The notes beneath the pieces were generated by a model, which did not search any database, was not told the DNA's origin, and worked only from the letters and a program-made list of their open reading frames with translations. From assembly GCA_011374975.1 (NCBI GenBank), contig DRNU01000186.1, positions 14,437-78,436 of the forward strand: a stretch of 64,000 bases of DNA. The letters run 5' to 3'. Within the stretch, counting starts at the first letter, position 1, and every line of letters begins with the position of its first letter. Of this stretch, positions 29,801-39,144 are shown piece by piece. The DNA is from Gammaproteobacteria bacterium. GTDB taxonomy: Bacteria > Pseudomonadota > Gammaproteobacteria > DSM-19610. Both the position numbers and the translations under genes were made by a program.

Positions 29801-30440
29801 CTGGGCCTACGATATCGGCTCATCGGGCCTGGACCATGCGCTCGCTTCCGGCCGCAATATAAACGTGCTGGTACTCGACACCGAGGTCTACTCCAACACC
29901 GGCGGCCAGGCCTCCAAATCCACGCCCATCGCGGCAACCGCCAAGTTCTCTGCTGCCGGCAAAGCCGTACCCAAGAAGGACCTGGCACTGCAGGCCATTT
30001 CCTACGGCAACGTGTATGTCGCCCGCATTGCCATGGGCGCCAATCCGCAGCAAACCTTGCAGGCCATGCGCGAGGCAGAGGCCTATCACGGCCCTTCAAT
30101 CATCCTCGCCTACAGCCCGTGCATTGCACATGGGATCGACCTGCGCGACAGCTTGTCGCAAACGGAAAAAGCCGTGGACTCCGGCTACTGGCCACTGCTG
30201 CGCTACAACCCGGAGTTGCGCAAAAAGGGGAAAAAACCTTTTATCCTCGACTCCACGCGGCCTACCATCAAGCTGGAAGAGTTCGCCTACAATGAGCAGC
30301 GCTATAAAATCCTGCAGAAGAACAATCCGGAAAAAGCGGCATGCCTGATGGAACTCGCGCAGGAATCACTGGATTTGCGCTGGCAAACCTATGAGCACAT
30401 GGCTGAACAGGAACCGGCGGAGTTCCAGCCGATCAGTTAG
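26856..30440 (+). CDS. nifJ: Pyruvate:ferredoxin/flavodoxin oxidoreductase (single-chain)
   Basis: FPITPSS, MQSEGGAAG, DGFRTSHE, two CxxCxxCxxxCP, CSGCGETPY, GGDGWAYDIG, DTEVYSNTGGQ. Confidence 0.96.
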   Translation: MSDQNTQKQVTVDGGYGVAHIAYRVTDICSIFPITPSSDMSELADVWSTQGLKNIWGQVPQVIEMQSEGGAAGTAHGALQTGALTTTFTSSQGLLLMLPNMYKIAGELTSCVFHVAARSIAAQALSIFGDHQDVMAARMTGFAMLASNSVQEAHDAALICHSATLKARVPFINFFDGFRTSHEINKIHLISDEQIREMIDEELVFAHRNRALNPDNPFIRGTAQNPDVYFQGRESSNPYYNAIPGIIQDTMDKLATLTGRQYKLFEYYGAEDAEEVIVMMGSGAQVVEETIDKLNAEGRKLGLVSVRLFRPFSSEHMVSALPASCRKIAVLDRTKEPGSAGEPLYQDVVTALAEACNNGELESLPKIIGGRYGLSSKEFTPAMAKGVFDNLAAEQPKNHFTVGINDDVTHTSIDYDSDFDIEPANVTRAMFYGLGSDGTVSANKNSIKIIGDGTDLYCQGYFVYDSKKAGSQTTSHLRFGPDPIKAPYLITSTNFIACHKPNFIDQVEMLNNAADNAVFLLNSPVAPDRVWDELPRPVQQQIIDKNIDFYVIDATTVARDAGMGRRINTIMQTCFFALSGVLPRDEAIEKIKAAIEKTYMRKGADIVQLNFKAVDASLDHLHKVKVPGKVSSTRDMQPAVSDLAPAFVKEVTVPMLIGRGDELPVSSIPVDGTYPSGTARWEKRNIADFIPKWEPEVCIQCGNCSFVCPHSVIRARFYDESILDNAPVTFESAPVSARGFPDARYTLQIYVEDCTGCGLCVEACPAFDQQDNSRKAINMVEKDKDPVFEAGKNNLVFFDTIPVNSRATVNFASVRGAQFLEPLFEFSGACSGCGETPYVRLLTQLFGPRLLVANATGCSSIYGGNLPATPWTINKEGRGPAWSNSLFEDNAEFGLGMRISADQQMAMAKQLLSDMSDYFDQAFIDSLMKTDQHIGSEMNAQRERVNELKRRLGEIDDPRARSLLTVADHLIRRSVWLVGGDGWAYDIGSSGLDHALASGRNINVLVLDTEVYSNTGGQASKSTPIAATAKFSAAGKAVPKKDLALQAISYGNVYVARIAMGANPQQTLQAMREAEAYHGPSIILAYSPCIAHGIDLRDSLSQTEKAVDSGYWPLLRYNPELRKKGKKPFILDSTRPTIKLEEFAYNEQRYKILQKNNPEKAACLMELAQESLDLRWQTYEHMAEQEPAEFQPIS

Positions 30441-30493
30441 GACGTATACATCCGGCCACGTCATTGCCGGCTGACGATGTATCGACAGGTCGT

Positions 30494-31309
30494 TCAGTCG
30501 GCGTCGTAGAAAATTCCGTAGTGGTAGGCACCCTCGATGACGCCACTGGTGTAGTAGCCGTTCAGGCCCTTGAAGCCGCCTTTCGCGTAGTAAAGCTTAA
30601 GTTCAGGGCGCGCGTCAGCCGCCTGTTTGACGCCGGCAACGAGCTGCTCATCCGCGTTTCGCACGAGGACGCCGGAAAAGCCCGCCGTGAGCGGGAAGAC
30701 ATCGTTGCCGCTGTCTCCACAGAAGACGACATCCGGTTTGCTGGCGCCAATCTCATCGGCGATATATTCGAGCGCGGTCTGTTTGGTCGCACTATGCGGG
30801 AGAAAGTCGAGAAGGCCCTTGCCGGATTGGGAGTCGAAGCTGTAAACGATGACCTCGTCGAACTTGCCTTTGACCCGTTCGTCGACTGTCTTCAGAATGG
30901 CCTCGTTCCTGTCATGATCAACATAGTAGCTTTGCTTGAACGGGCCGCAATGCTCACTCTCCTGCTCGGTCAGGCCGTCCACCCCGGCTACGGCGCTACG
31001 TACCGCAGTCGCATCCCACCTGGGACTGGCCAGCTTCACGTGAGTATCCCAGCCGCCATGGGGCTTCCAGCCGTCTTGCCCGTACTTTCTGATCGAGGTG
31101 CCGACGTCACTGATGAGCACATGAGGATAACGGATGCCAAACTCCCTGATCGCGTTCTCGGTCAGGTCAAGATTCCTTCCGGTCACATAAACGACCAGCA
31201 CGTCATGTCTTTGCGTGAGCTCATTGAAGAGATCGATAGCACCGGGGTCCGGTGGCCAGCTACCGTTCGGGAGTAATGTTCGGTCCAGATCGGTCGCGAG
31301 GATTCTCAT
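30494..31309 (-). CDS. HAD-IIB sucrose-phosphatase-like hydrolase
   Basis: ATDLDRTLL, YVTGR, DVGT, FKQSY, ATK..AL, GDSGND. Confidence 0.88.
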   Translation of the reverse strand: MRILATDLDRTLLPNGSWPPDPGAIDLFNELTQRHDVLVVYVTGRNLDLTENAIREFGIRYPHVLISDVGTSIRKYGQDGWKPHGGWDTHVKLASPRWDATAVRSAVAGVDGLTEQESEHCGPFKQSYYVDHDRNEAILKTVDERVKGKFDEVIVYSFDSQSGKGLLDFLPHSATKQTALEYIADEIGASKPDVVFCGDSGNDVFPLTAGFSGVLVRNADEQLVAGVKQAADARPELKLYYAKGGFKGLNGYYTSGVIEGAYHYGIFYDAD

Positions 31310-31371
31310 TTTCGTGCTCCGTAGCAGTTTACTGTCGAAATTCGTCCCGCGTTGATCGCGGGGCTCCGGGA

Positions 31372-33138
31372 CTAGAAGGACATAAGAACTTCTTCGTCCG
31401 TACCGTCGCCCTGGCAAACCGTGAAGCTGTGATTGCGCAGATCGGCCTTCAAGGATGCAGTGGCTTCAGGATGTTGCCAGGAGATGTGTAACAGGTGGGG
31501 CTCCGTCTCGAAGATCTTCATCTCTCCAGCGAACGCCGGTGAGACGTTGCGCAGCCGGATCAGGTCGAGCTGGTCCAGCACGACGGGACGTTTCAGTCCG
31601 GCCTCGATGTCGATTATTTTTAAAGTCGTGCGGTTAATCTCCTTGTGTCCCGCGGTACGTCCCCTTTCCGCTGCTGCGTAGTCGTTTGTGCCGGCAAACA
31701 GATCCAGGTACCACACCTGCGGGACACCGGGCATGAACATCTGGATGGCGCGGGCCAGGCGCAGCTTTTGCTCGTCCTCTCCAAGGGCGCTGTAGAAGGT
31801 CGCATTGACCTGGTAGTAGTCGATCTTCTTGCCGTCGGCATCGTACAAATTCTTGGTCCGGCCGCCGCGTTCAATAATACGCTCTATGGCGGCCTCTATC
31901 TGCTCATCGGCCAGCAGGCCCGGCCTGTGGGAGCCATTGACTTGCTTGCCTTTGAGGTCAAGCACCGGGATTCCGTCATGGCTGCCGAGCATGTTGATGG
32001 TCTGTAATCCCCTGGTCTGGATGTCCTCGATCCAGCGCAACAGAGCCTCATTGCTGCCCCGATCCAGGGCATCGATCACAAGTCCGGGGAAAAAGAAGTC
32101 ATAGATGGGATAGCCTTGCTGCGCAATTTCCTCGTGGATGCCGGCACCGTATTCGGCATGGATCTCGGGAAAGATGATCAGCTCATATTTCTGCGCAATG
32201 CCCCGCAAACGTTCCAGGTAATCCCAGGTGCCGGGCCGGTTGAAGAAATTCGGCTGGCCGGGCTCTTTATGCAGGTAAGCGAAAGCGTCGAGGCGGATTA
32301 TTTTTGCGCCACATTCGCTGAGTTTGCGAAGTGTGTCATCGTAGAATTCCCAGACCAGCTCGGAACGGGCATTGAGATCCATCTGACCCAGGAATTCACG
32401 CTTGTGGCACACGGCCGCAATCAACTCATCCTTGCTCACCTGATCATTGTATTTAGCGATGCATTCCAGGTCCGCAGATTCCAGCTGCCCCTTGTCCTTG
32501 ATGACGACCTTGATGTGGTGCGCAAAGTCGGATGCCTCCTGCGGACCCATCCCCTTGATGTGTGCGAAGTCCTCGGCTGTTATCTCATCGAACTCGACTT
32601 TTTGATAAAAGGTGTTCCAGTACGCCTGGAGGCTACCATCCGGAAAGCGTATTTTCAGTATCGGCAGATCCGGTTTTCTCATGAAAAGCTTTTCCAGATG
32701 TTCTTTATCCGGCACCACGTGGTCATTCTCTCCCATGGTACCGTGGTCCTTCCAGAACTCGTTCCAGTCGATGAAAAAATCCCGGTAGGGTGATTCGTTT
32801 CCGTTCTCCAGCAAATCGACGAACTGCGGTGAACGTACGGACAGGTGATTCAGCACCAGGTCGAGCTTGATATGGATACCAAGCTCATTCAGTTCATCCA
32901 GATCCTGTGGGCTCACAAGCTCTTCGTTGATATCATAATCAATAATGGAAAAACCTCGATCCAGATCGCTGTGAAAAAAGGTGGGCAGGATGTAGAACAG
33001 CGAGAAGGCATCCCTGAACTCCGCCCTTTTGAGAAGCTCCACGGTGTCTGACAGTTTTTTACCAATACTGTCAGGGTAGGCGTTCAGCATTACCCCTGCA
33101 GGCAGGGTTTGCGCTTTGGACTCTGGATCTTTTTTCAT
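31372..33138 (-). CDS. GH13 sucrose phosphorylase-family glycoside phosphorylase
   Basis: NAYPDS, DRGFS, DLVLNH, RLDAFAY (nucleophile), PEIH (acid/base), SHDGIP, YYQVN, PQVWY. Confidence 0.88.
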   Translation of the reverse strand: MKKDPESKAQTLPAGVMLNAYPDSIGKKLSDTVELLKRAEFRDAFSLFYILPTFFHSDLDRGFSIIDYDINEELVSPQDLDELNELGIHIKLDLVLNHLSVRSPQFVDLLENGNESPYRDFFIDWNEFWKDHGTMGENDHVVPDKEHLEKLFMRKPDLPILKIRFPDGSLQAYWNTFYQKVEFDEITAEDFAHIKGMGPQEASDFAHHIKVVIKDKGQLESADLECIAKYNDQVSKDELIAAVCHKREFLGQMDLNARSELVWEFYDDTLRKLSECGAKIIRLDAFAYLHKEPGQPNFFNRPGTWDYLERLRGIAQKYELIIFPEIHAEYGAGIHEEIAQQGYPIYDFFFPGLVIDALDRGSNEALLRWIEDIQTRGLQTINMLGSHDGIPVLDLKGKQVNGSHRPGLLADEQIEAAIERIIERGGRTKNLYDADGKKIDYYQVNATFYSALGEDEQKLRLARAIQMFMPGVPQVWYLDLFAGTNDYAAAERGRTAGHKEINRTTLKIIDIEAGLKRPVVLDQLDLIRLRNVSPAFAGEMKIFETEPHLLHISWQHPEATASLKADLRNHSFTVCQGDGTDEEVLMSF

Positions 33139-33469
33139 GACGTGCCCTTTATGTTAATACTGTCTCCAGTCGCGACCGCCAGCCTCGTGCGGGTAAGCGG
33201 ATGCCGCTGAGGGGACATGCTCAATACAGTAGGGCCTGAATGCTAGATAGCCCATGCTGAAATCGTTGTCAAGCGGAACGAGCTGTGTAGCGGCAACACC
33301 CGCCATCACTGGCGAAGATTCGGCACTTGTTTTCGGCGCCTGTCTTGAACGAGGGTGGCAGGTTTCCACAGCTGGGCAAGGAAGTGTCCGTACCAGGCGA
33401 TGGCGCTTGTACACGGGCACGTTAATGCGCGGTCTGGATCGGCCAATAGTTGCCGTTCGCCAGACACAG

Positions 33470-33489
33470 AAAACCCCGCTTTTGCGGGG
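33470..33489 (-). terminator. Putative terminator after nirJ
   Basis: CCCCGC-AAAA-GCGGGG followed by TTTT on the minus strand. Confidence 0.65.
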
Positions 33490-33515
33490 CTCCTGATCGA
33501 GTGAAAAGGCTTTAT

Positions 33516-34727
33516 TTAACTCGCATGCCGGATAACCCGGGTTTCAAGCGCCATGGCTTCCGGCTTGTCGGCCGCATAATCCGCTTCGCAGATACCCAGC
33601 TCATCGTCGTCCAGGTAACAGGCAGGGTCTTCCCACCAGGGGTCGCCGGTCAGCTGGAACGCGCGTACCCGGGTATTGCCGCCACACACATCCTGGTACT
33701 TGCACACCCGGCAGCGTCCTTTCAGGGGGCGCGGCAAAGCTTTCATGCCGGCCATCAGTGGATCGCTCTGATCCACCCAGATTTCGGAGAACGGCCGTTC
33801 CTTCACATTGCCGAGGTTGTAGTTCCACCAGAAGGTATCCGGGTGGACGTTGCCCAGGTTGTCGATGTTGGAGATATTCACACCGGATGAATTACCGCCC
33901 CACTGGACCAGGCGCTTGTGCATGTATTCGTACTGTTCAGGGACATTGCGTTTCACCCACTGCAACAGGTAGACACCGTCTGCGTCGTTGTTGCCGGTGA
34001 CGAACTCACGCTGGCGTCCGGCCTGAACGTCGGACCAGCTGGCGTCGAACAAAAGGTCCATCACCCAGCGGGTGGTTTTGTGCACTACGTCCGAGCGGCG
34101 GTTGCGGTTACCGCGTCCGCCGTAGTTCAGGTGTGATACATACAGTTTGTCGACATCCTCCTGCTCCATGATATCCAGCAGCAACGGGAGTTCCTGCGCG
34201 TTATCCTGGGTCGGTGTAAAACGCATGCCGACCTTGATACCGGCACTGCGGCACAGCCTGATGGCGTGCATGGAGGCATCGAAGGCGCCCTGTTTCTGGC
34301 GGAAACGGTCATGGGTTTCACGCACGCCGTCAATGCTGATCCCGACATAGTCGTAACCCACTGCCGCGATGCGGTCGATGTTCTGCTCATCGATCAGGGT
34401 GCCGTTGGTGGACAAACCGACATAGAAGCCCATATCCTTTGCACGCTGTGAAATATCGTAGATATCGGGCCGCAACAGCGGCTCGCCGCCTGACAGGATG
34501 AGCACCGGCACTCCGAAAGCGCGCAGGTCATCCATCACATCGAACACTTGCTGCGTGTCCAGCTCGCCCGGGAAGTCGATATCGGCGGAGATTGAATAGC
34601 AGTGTTTACAGGTCAGGTTGCAGCGGCGCACCAGGTTCCAGATCACCACCGGCCCGGGCGGGGTACGCCGGCGGGGATCGGCCAGTGGCGTTTTCAGCTC
34701 CTGCATATATTGTGATATCCGGAACAT
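33516..34727 (-). CDS. nirJ: Heme d1 biosynthesis radical SAM protein
   Basis: MFRISQY, PGPVVIWNL..CNLTCKHCY, WGGNSSG, DPACYL. Confidence 0.95.
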   Translation of the reverse strand: MFRISQYMQELKTPLADPRRRTPPGPVVIWNLVRRCNLTCKHCYSISADIDFPGELDTQQVFDVMDDLRAFGVPVLILSGGEPLLRPDIYDISQRAKDMGFYVGLSTNGTLIDEQNIDRIAAVGYDYVGISIDGVRETHDRFRQKQGAFDASMHAIRLCRSAGIKVGMRFTPTQDNAQELPLLLDIMEQEDVDKLYVSHLNYGGRGNRNRRSDVVHKTTRWVMDLLFDASWSDVQAGRQREFVTGNNDADGVYLLQWVKRNVPEQYEYMHKRLVQWGGNSSGVNISNIDNLGNVHPDTFWWNYNLGNVKERPFSEIWVDQSDPLMAGMKALPRPLKGRCRVCKYQDVCGGNTRVRAFQLTGDPWWEDPACYLDDDELGICEADYAADKPEAMALETRVIRHAS

Positions 34728-34736
34728 TAAGGTCCA

Positions 34737-35231
34737 CTAGCCTCCGATTCTCAAGCCTGTTTTTTTCAGTATACGGGTACTGAACAACACATCGTGCTGA
34801 CGGGCCTTGTCGCCAAGCAATTGTGCAATCTGTTCGACTTTACCGCGTACTTCTTCCTGACTGTGACCGTGCACCATGGCGAACAGGTTATAGGGCCAGT
34901 CCGGCAGGTGCCTGGGCCGGTGGTAACAATGGCTGACAATTTCCAGCTCACCGACCTGCTTGCCAATCGTCTGTATATCTTCATCCGGTACATCCCAGAC
35001 CGACATACCGTTGGCCGAGTAGCCCAGGCGGTAATGATTCGGCACCACGCCGATGCGACGGATGCGTCCCTCGTCCAGCATGACACGGAGGCGCTCCACC
35101 AGCAGGTCGCGCTCCACGCCCAGTTCGGAGGCCAGCCAGTTGTAAGGCCGGGCATCCAGCGGCAACCCGGCCTGGGTGGCCATTACAATGCGCCTGTCCA
35201 GCTGCGCAAGATCTTCGGCATCCTTACTCAT
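34737..35231 (-). CDS. nirH: Siroheme decarboxylase subunit (AhbB-like)
   Basis: PNHY.LG..ANGM.VW, SHCY.RPR..PDWPYNLFAMVHG, ILKKTG. Confidence 0.9.
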   Translation of the reverse strand: MSKDAEDLAQLDRRIVMATQAGLPLDARPYNWLASELGVERDLLVERLRVMLDEGRIRRIGVVPNHYRLGYSANGMSVWDVPDEDIQTIGKQVGELEIVSHCYHRPRHLPDWPYNLFAMVHGHSQEEVRGKVEQIAQLLGDKARQHDVLFSTRILKKTGLRIGG

Positions 35232-35234
35232 GCA

Positions 35235-35678
35235 CTACACCTTGAAAAACAATCCGACGTAGAACTCTTCCTTTTTGGGAAGGTTGAAAACCGGTATGCC
35301 GGTGGTCTTTTCAATCTCACGCAGGCATTCATCGAGCTGCTCCGGCGTTTCCGTCGCCAGCACGAACCACATGTTCATTTCATGGTCGCGCTGGTAATTA
35401 TGCGCAACCTCGGGAAATGAATTGACCTGCTCTGTCACCTTGTCGAATCTTTCGGCGGGCACTTTCATGGCACACAGGCTCAGGGCGCCGCCCATATTCT
35501 CGGCATGGTACAGGGGACCGAAACGGGTCAGCAGCCCATCATCCAGCATGCAGCGTATACGGGTAATCAGTTCGCTTTCGGTGGTATCCAACCGCTGTGC
35601 CGCTTCCCGAAAAGGGCGCTCACAGACCGGGAACCCGCCTTGCAGGTTGTTGATGATCCGGCGGTCGAGTTCATCCAT
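35235..35678 (-). CDS. nirG: Siroheme decarboxylase subunit (AhbA-like)
   Basis: LQGGFP..RPF, RFGPL, VAHNY.R.H..NMWFV. Confidence 0.9.
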   Translation of the reverse strand: MDELDRRIINNLQGGFPVCERPFREAAQRLDTTESELITRIRCMLDDGLLTRFGPLYHAENMGGALSLCAMKVPAERFDKVTEQVNSFPEVAHNYQRDHEMNMWFVLATETPEQLDECLREIEKTTGIPVFNLPKKEEFYVGLFFKV

Positions 35679-36672
35679 TGAAACGGCCCCGGTAGCGCGC
35701 ACCACGCTGTTTGAAGCGCTTGCCGCTGAACAATACCGTGTGCGGAATGTCGTCCAGGCCCAGCCCGTTCACCATACGCTCGATGCATTCAAGGACATCC
35801 TCACGATCCCGGCCGTGCACCATGCAGAACAGGTTATACGGCCAGTCCGGCAAGCGCCGCGGGCGCTGATAGCACAGGGTCACGCAGTCCTGGCGCCCCA
35901 GCTGGCCACCCAGTTCATCGACCTGTGCATCGGGTACGTCCCATACCACCATGGCGTTGGCGCTATAACCCAGTTCGTGATGACGCACCACAACCCCGAG
36001 CCGCTTGATAATGCCGGCATCGATCATGTTGCGCAGCTTGTCGATCACGGTCTGTTCAGAACAGCCCAGGCGGTTTGCAATAGCCTGGTACGGCCGTGCA
36101 ACCAGCGGCAGGCCCGATTGAATCACTTCAATAAGATCCTCCGCATCGCCAAATAACATGTCACGCTCGGAATAACTTTCAGGCTCGCTGTGGCCGACAG
36201 GCGCAGCAACGATATCGGGCTGGTGCCCCAGGTTCATGCGGAAACCCAGGTCGATATGATAATCCTTGACCAGCGGTAAAGAGAGCACCCGGTAGCCGCA
36301 TTCCAGCTGTATTTCCCTCAGCGTCTCATCCAGCGCGACAGCATTCTCGGCGATGACCACAAACCACAGGTTATAGCGGTGTTCACGCTCGTAGTTGTGG
36401 TTGACCTGGGGGAACTGGTTGATGATTGCGGCAATGCTGTCCAGCCGGTGCGCCGGTACAGACATGGCGGCAAGGGTGCTGACACCCACGGTATTGGGCC
36501 GGAACACGGGGCCGACACGGCTTACCGCCCCCCTTGCCTGAAGGTCTTTCAGCGTTTGCAGCACCTGCTCGGGGCTGGTGTTCAAACGGCGGGCGATCTG
36601 CTCGAACGGCATCGGCTCCAGCGGGAAATTACGCTGGAAGTCGTTGAGCAGTTTTTCAATCATCAGTTCCAT
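35671..36672 (-). CDS. nirD: Fused NirD-NirL siroheme decarboxylase
   Basis: N-half SRVGPVF/HNYEREH (NirD); C-half RHHELG..ANAM/CY.RPRR..WPYNL (NirL). Confidence 0.88.
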   Translation of the reverse strand: MELMIEKLLNDFQRNFPLEPMPFEQIARRLNTSPEQVLQTLKDLQARGAVSRVGPVFRPNTVGVSTLAAMSVPAHRLDSIAAIINQFPQVNHNYEREHRYNLWFVVIAENAVALDETLREIQLECGYRVLSLPLVKDYHIDLGFRMNLGHQPDIVAAPVGHSEPESYSERDMLFGDAEDLIEVIQSGLPLVARPYQAIANRLGCSEQTVIDKLRNMIDAGIIKRLGVVVRHHELGYSANAMVVWDVPDAQVDELGGQLGRQDCVTLCYQRPRRLPDWPYNLFCMVHGRDREDVLECIERMVNGLGLDDIPHTVLFSGKRFKQRGARYRGRFNG

Positions 36673-36674
36673 CG

Positions 36675-37844
36675 TTACAGGCCGATTTTGTGTGCGCGGT
36701 CAGTAAAAAAGATGCCGCTCGGTTTTTTTGCAGGAAGCGACTTGACCCGTTCCAGCGTGCTCGTGTCGTAGACGTCGATACGGTTATCATCACGCACCGA
36801 CATCCAGACTCGCTCGCCTCGCGGGGTAAACTCCATGTGCAGCACCCCCTTGCCGGGCTTCAGGGTCTTGATGACACGCCGCGACTCGACATCGATAACC
36901 TGGATCGTATCGTTGTTCGGGTAGGCGAAATTCACCCATACCTGGCGGCCATCGGGCCGGGCTATGACAAAAACCGGCTGGCCGTGAACATCGATCTCGG
37001 CCTCTTTCTGCCAGCTGCCCGTATTCATCACCAGCACCTTGTGCTGTCCTACCGCGGGCACGAAAGCCTGCTCACCCGCCATAGCCCAGCCTTCAAGGTG
37101 CGGCATCTTGTAGACCGGCAGTTTCTCATCGTGCTCGGCGTAACCTTTCAGGATTTTCTGAACACCCTTTTCCGGGTGCCACAGGTCCAGCAACGCCATG
37201 CTGTCTTCGCCGAACAGGCCGGCGATGTAGTAGCGCCCGTCCGGGGTAATCAATGCATCGTAGGGCGCCCGGCCTATGTTTTCGAAGCGCTTGATACGGG
37301 GCTTGCGCGGATTCATCATATCCACCAGCCAGATCTGGTCGCCGTCATACAGGCTGAATACGAACTGGTTACCGGGCGCATCCACCAGGCCCACGGTTTT
37401 GGAAAACTTGCCCGGCGCATACTCGGCCGGGATATCAGCGACCATCTCAAGCGTCGCGGCATCGAACACCCGCACCCCGCCCGGCTCATAATTGGAAACG
37501 GCGATCCACTTCCCGTCCTGGGAGATCGCGCCGCCAATGCTGTTCCCGGATTGCATGACCCGGTTCACAATGCGGCCTTCCAGGATATCGACCCGGGTCA
37601 GGCCGCCGTCACGGCCGAATACATAGGCAAAGCGCTCGTCGCGGGAAAAGACCACAGAGGCGTGGGACAGATCACCCAACCCTTCAACCTCGGCCAGGCG
37701 GCTGTTGCCCGTGTGCTCAACCACCAGCAGCCTGCCGTCGGCGCGCTCGACCACGACACCGAGATCACCCGTGCCGCGCAGCTCTCCGGCCACCGCACCG
37801 GCCACCAAAAGGGACAGCACGACAGCGGCGAGGAAGGCCCTCAC
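36675..37844 (-). CDS. nirF: Periplasmic heme d1 biosynthesis protein NirF
   Basis: RGTGDLG, GLGDLSHAS, LPVYKMPHLEGW, PSGIFFT.RAH.IGL. Confidence 0.95.
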   Translation of the reverse strand: MRAFLAAVVLSLLVAGAVAGELRGTGDLGVVVERADGRLLVVEHTGNSRLAEVEGLGDLSHASVVFSRDERFAYVFGRDGGLTRVDILEGRIVNRVMQSGNSIGGAISQDGKWIAVSNYEPGGVRVFDAATLEMVADIPAEYAPGKFSKTVGLVDAPGNQFVFSLYDGDQIWLVDMMNPRKPRIKRFENIGRAPYDALITPDGRYYIAGLFGEDSMALLDLWHPEKGVQKILKGYAEHDEKLPVYKMPHLEGWAMAGEQAFVPAVGQHKVLVMNTGSWQKEAEIDVHGQPVFVIARPDGRQVWVNFAYPNNDTIQVIDVESRRVIKTLKPGKGVLHMEFTPRGERVWMSVRDDNRIDVYDTSTLERVKSLPAKKPSGIFFTDRAHKIGL

Positions 37845-38161
37845 GGTTGTGTCTCCACGGTCTTCAGGTAGTCGACAATCCAGTCAATCTCCTGCCTGGT
37901 AAGCAGCGTGCGCCACGGCGGCATGGGTGTCCCGTGCCGGCCTTCGCTGATGGTTGCAAACAGGAATTCGTGATTTTTATCTTGCAGTGCCCGGGATGTA
38001 ATCGCCGGACCCAGCCCGCCGGTCAGGCGCATCCCGTGACAGGAACCGCAATCCTGGTGGACAAGATTGCGCAACTCGGTCTGGCGCTCCGCCGTGACGG
38101 CTTCCGCCGTGGCGGACATTGTTAATGCCCACATGGCAAGAAACATCAGCGCCTTAGGCAT
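37841..38161 (-). CDS. nirC: Monoheme cytochrome c NirC
   Basis: QDCGSCHG..L.GGLGP, GTPMPPW; located between nirE and nirF. Confidence 0.92.
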   Translation of the reverse strand: MPKALMFLAMWALTMSATAEAVTAERQTELRNLVHQDCGSCHGMRLTGGLGPAITSRALQDKNHEFLFATISEGRHGTPMPPWRTLLTRQEIDWIVDYLKTVETQP

Positions 38162-38933
38162 ATTTGAGTTCCATCTCCTGCGCCCAGGGCATGAACCAGT
38201 CCAGTTCCCCGGCCAGCGTAACGACCGGCCCGATGATCAGCATGGCCGGCGAGGCCACCGCATGCTCCTGGACAGCCTGCTGCAATTCGTCAAGGGTGGT
38301 AATGATATTGCGCTGGCGCAAGGTGGTGCCGCGCTCGATAACCGCCGCCGGCGTAGCGCCGGAACGCCCGGCTGCGACAAGATCGCTGATAATCTGCGGC
38401 AGGTGGGCAAGGCCCATGTAGATAACCAGCGTCTGCCCGGCATCCGACAAGGCGGCCCGGTCAAGCACCAGTGTCTCGTTATCCTTGCAGTGCCCGGTCA
38501 GAAATTGCACACCCCGGGAAAGACCCCGATGGGTCAGGGGGATACCTGCATACGCGGCGCAGGCCTGCGCAGCCGTGATCCCCGGCACCACTTCGAACGG
38601 GATATCGTTTCGCGCCAGTGCCAGCGCTTCTTCGCCGCCACGGCCGAAAATAAAGGGGTCACCGCCTTTCAGGCGCACCACGCGCTGGCGCTTCCTGGCC
38701 AGATCCACCAGCAGAGCATTGATCTCATCCTGGCTAAGGGTATGGCGGTTGGTTGCCTTGCCCACGTACACACGCGACACCGTGTCCGGTATCAGGGCCA
38801 GGATTTCGGGCGATACCAGCCGGTCATAGACAACAATGTCTGCGGTCTGGATCAGACGCTGTGCTTTTACTGTAAGCAGCTCCGGATCCCCCGGTCCCGC
38901 TCCAACCAGATAGATTTTTTCCTGTATTTCCAA
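38154..38933 (-). CDS. nirE: Uroporphyrinogen-III C-methyltransferase
   Basis: LVGAGPGDPELLT, RLKGGDPFIFGRGGEE, VPGITA; TTG start at 38933 with GGGAG RBS preferred because the upstream ATG lies inside the DNR box. Confidence 0.92.
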   Translation of the reverse strand: MEIQEKIYLVGAGPGDPELLTVKAQRLIQTADIVVYDRLVSPEILALIPDTVSRVYVGKATNRHTLSQDEINALLVDLARKRQRVVRLKGGDPFIFGRGGEEALALARNDIPFEVVPGITAAQACAAYAGIPLTHRGLSRGVQFLTGHCKDNETLVLDRAALSDAGQTLVIYMGLAHLPQIISDLVAAGRSGATPAAVIERGTTLRQRNIITTLDELQQAVQEHAVASPAMLIIGPVVTLAGELDWFMPWAQEMELKYA

Positions 38934-39028
38934 ACGATGTCTCCCGAATTCCCGGCTGCCGCAACGCATGCCCCCCCGGACACAGCAGCATTGTGGGCTC
39001 ATATTGGGGGTGGCTTTTTTTGCTGTCC

Positions 39029-39042
39029 TTGACATAGGTCAA
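39029..39042. promoter_or_regulatory. FNR/DNR box between nirE and divergent hemerythrin gene
   Basis: ccTTGAC-ATAG-GTCAAgg extended palindrome. Confidence 0.8.
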
Positions 39043-39144
39043 GGGTTTATATGAGCATGATCGAAGACACTGTGCGGCAGTGATAGCCATGCGGTAATTT
39101 ATCCATTAGGCTGTTTGAACTATCTGTTATTTAAGGGTTGATCC

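Noticed and set aside
30459-30478. CGTCATTGCCGGCTGACG as another REP-like copy
   Set aside because: Only the first few bases match; more likely a small hairpin between convergent genes.
33154-33470. Short ORFs or a structured RNA between nirJ and the GH13 gene
   Set aside because: No recognisable protein or RNA motif; cannot be supported without a covariance-model search.
38934-39035. Cys-rich N-terminal extension on NirE
   Set aside because: The ATG lies inside the DNR box; a TTG with a good RBS at 38933 gives a normal-length protein.
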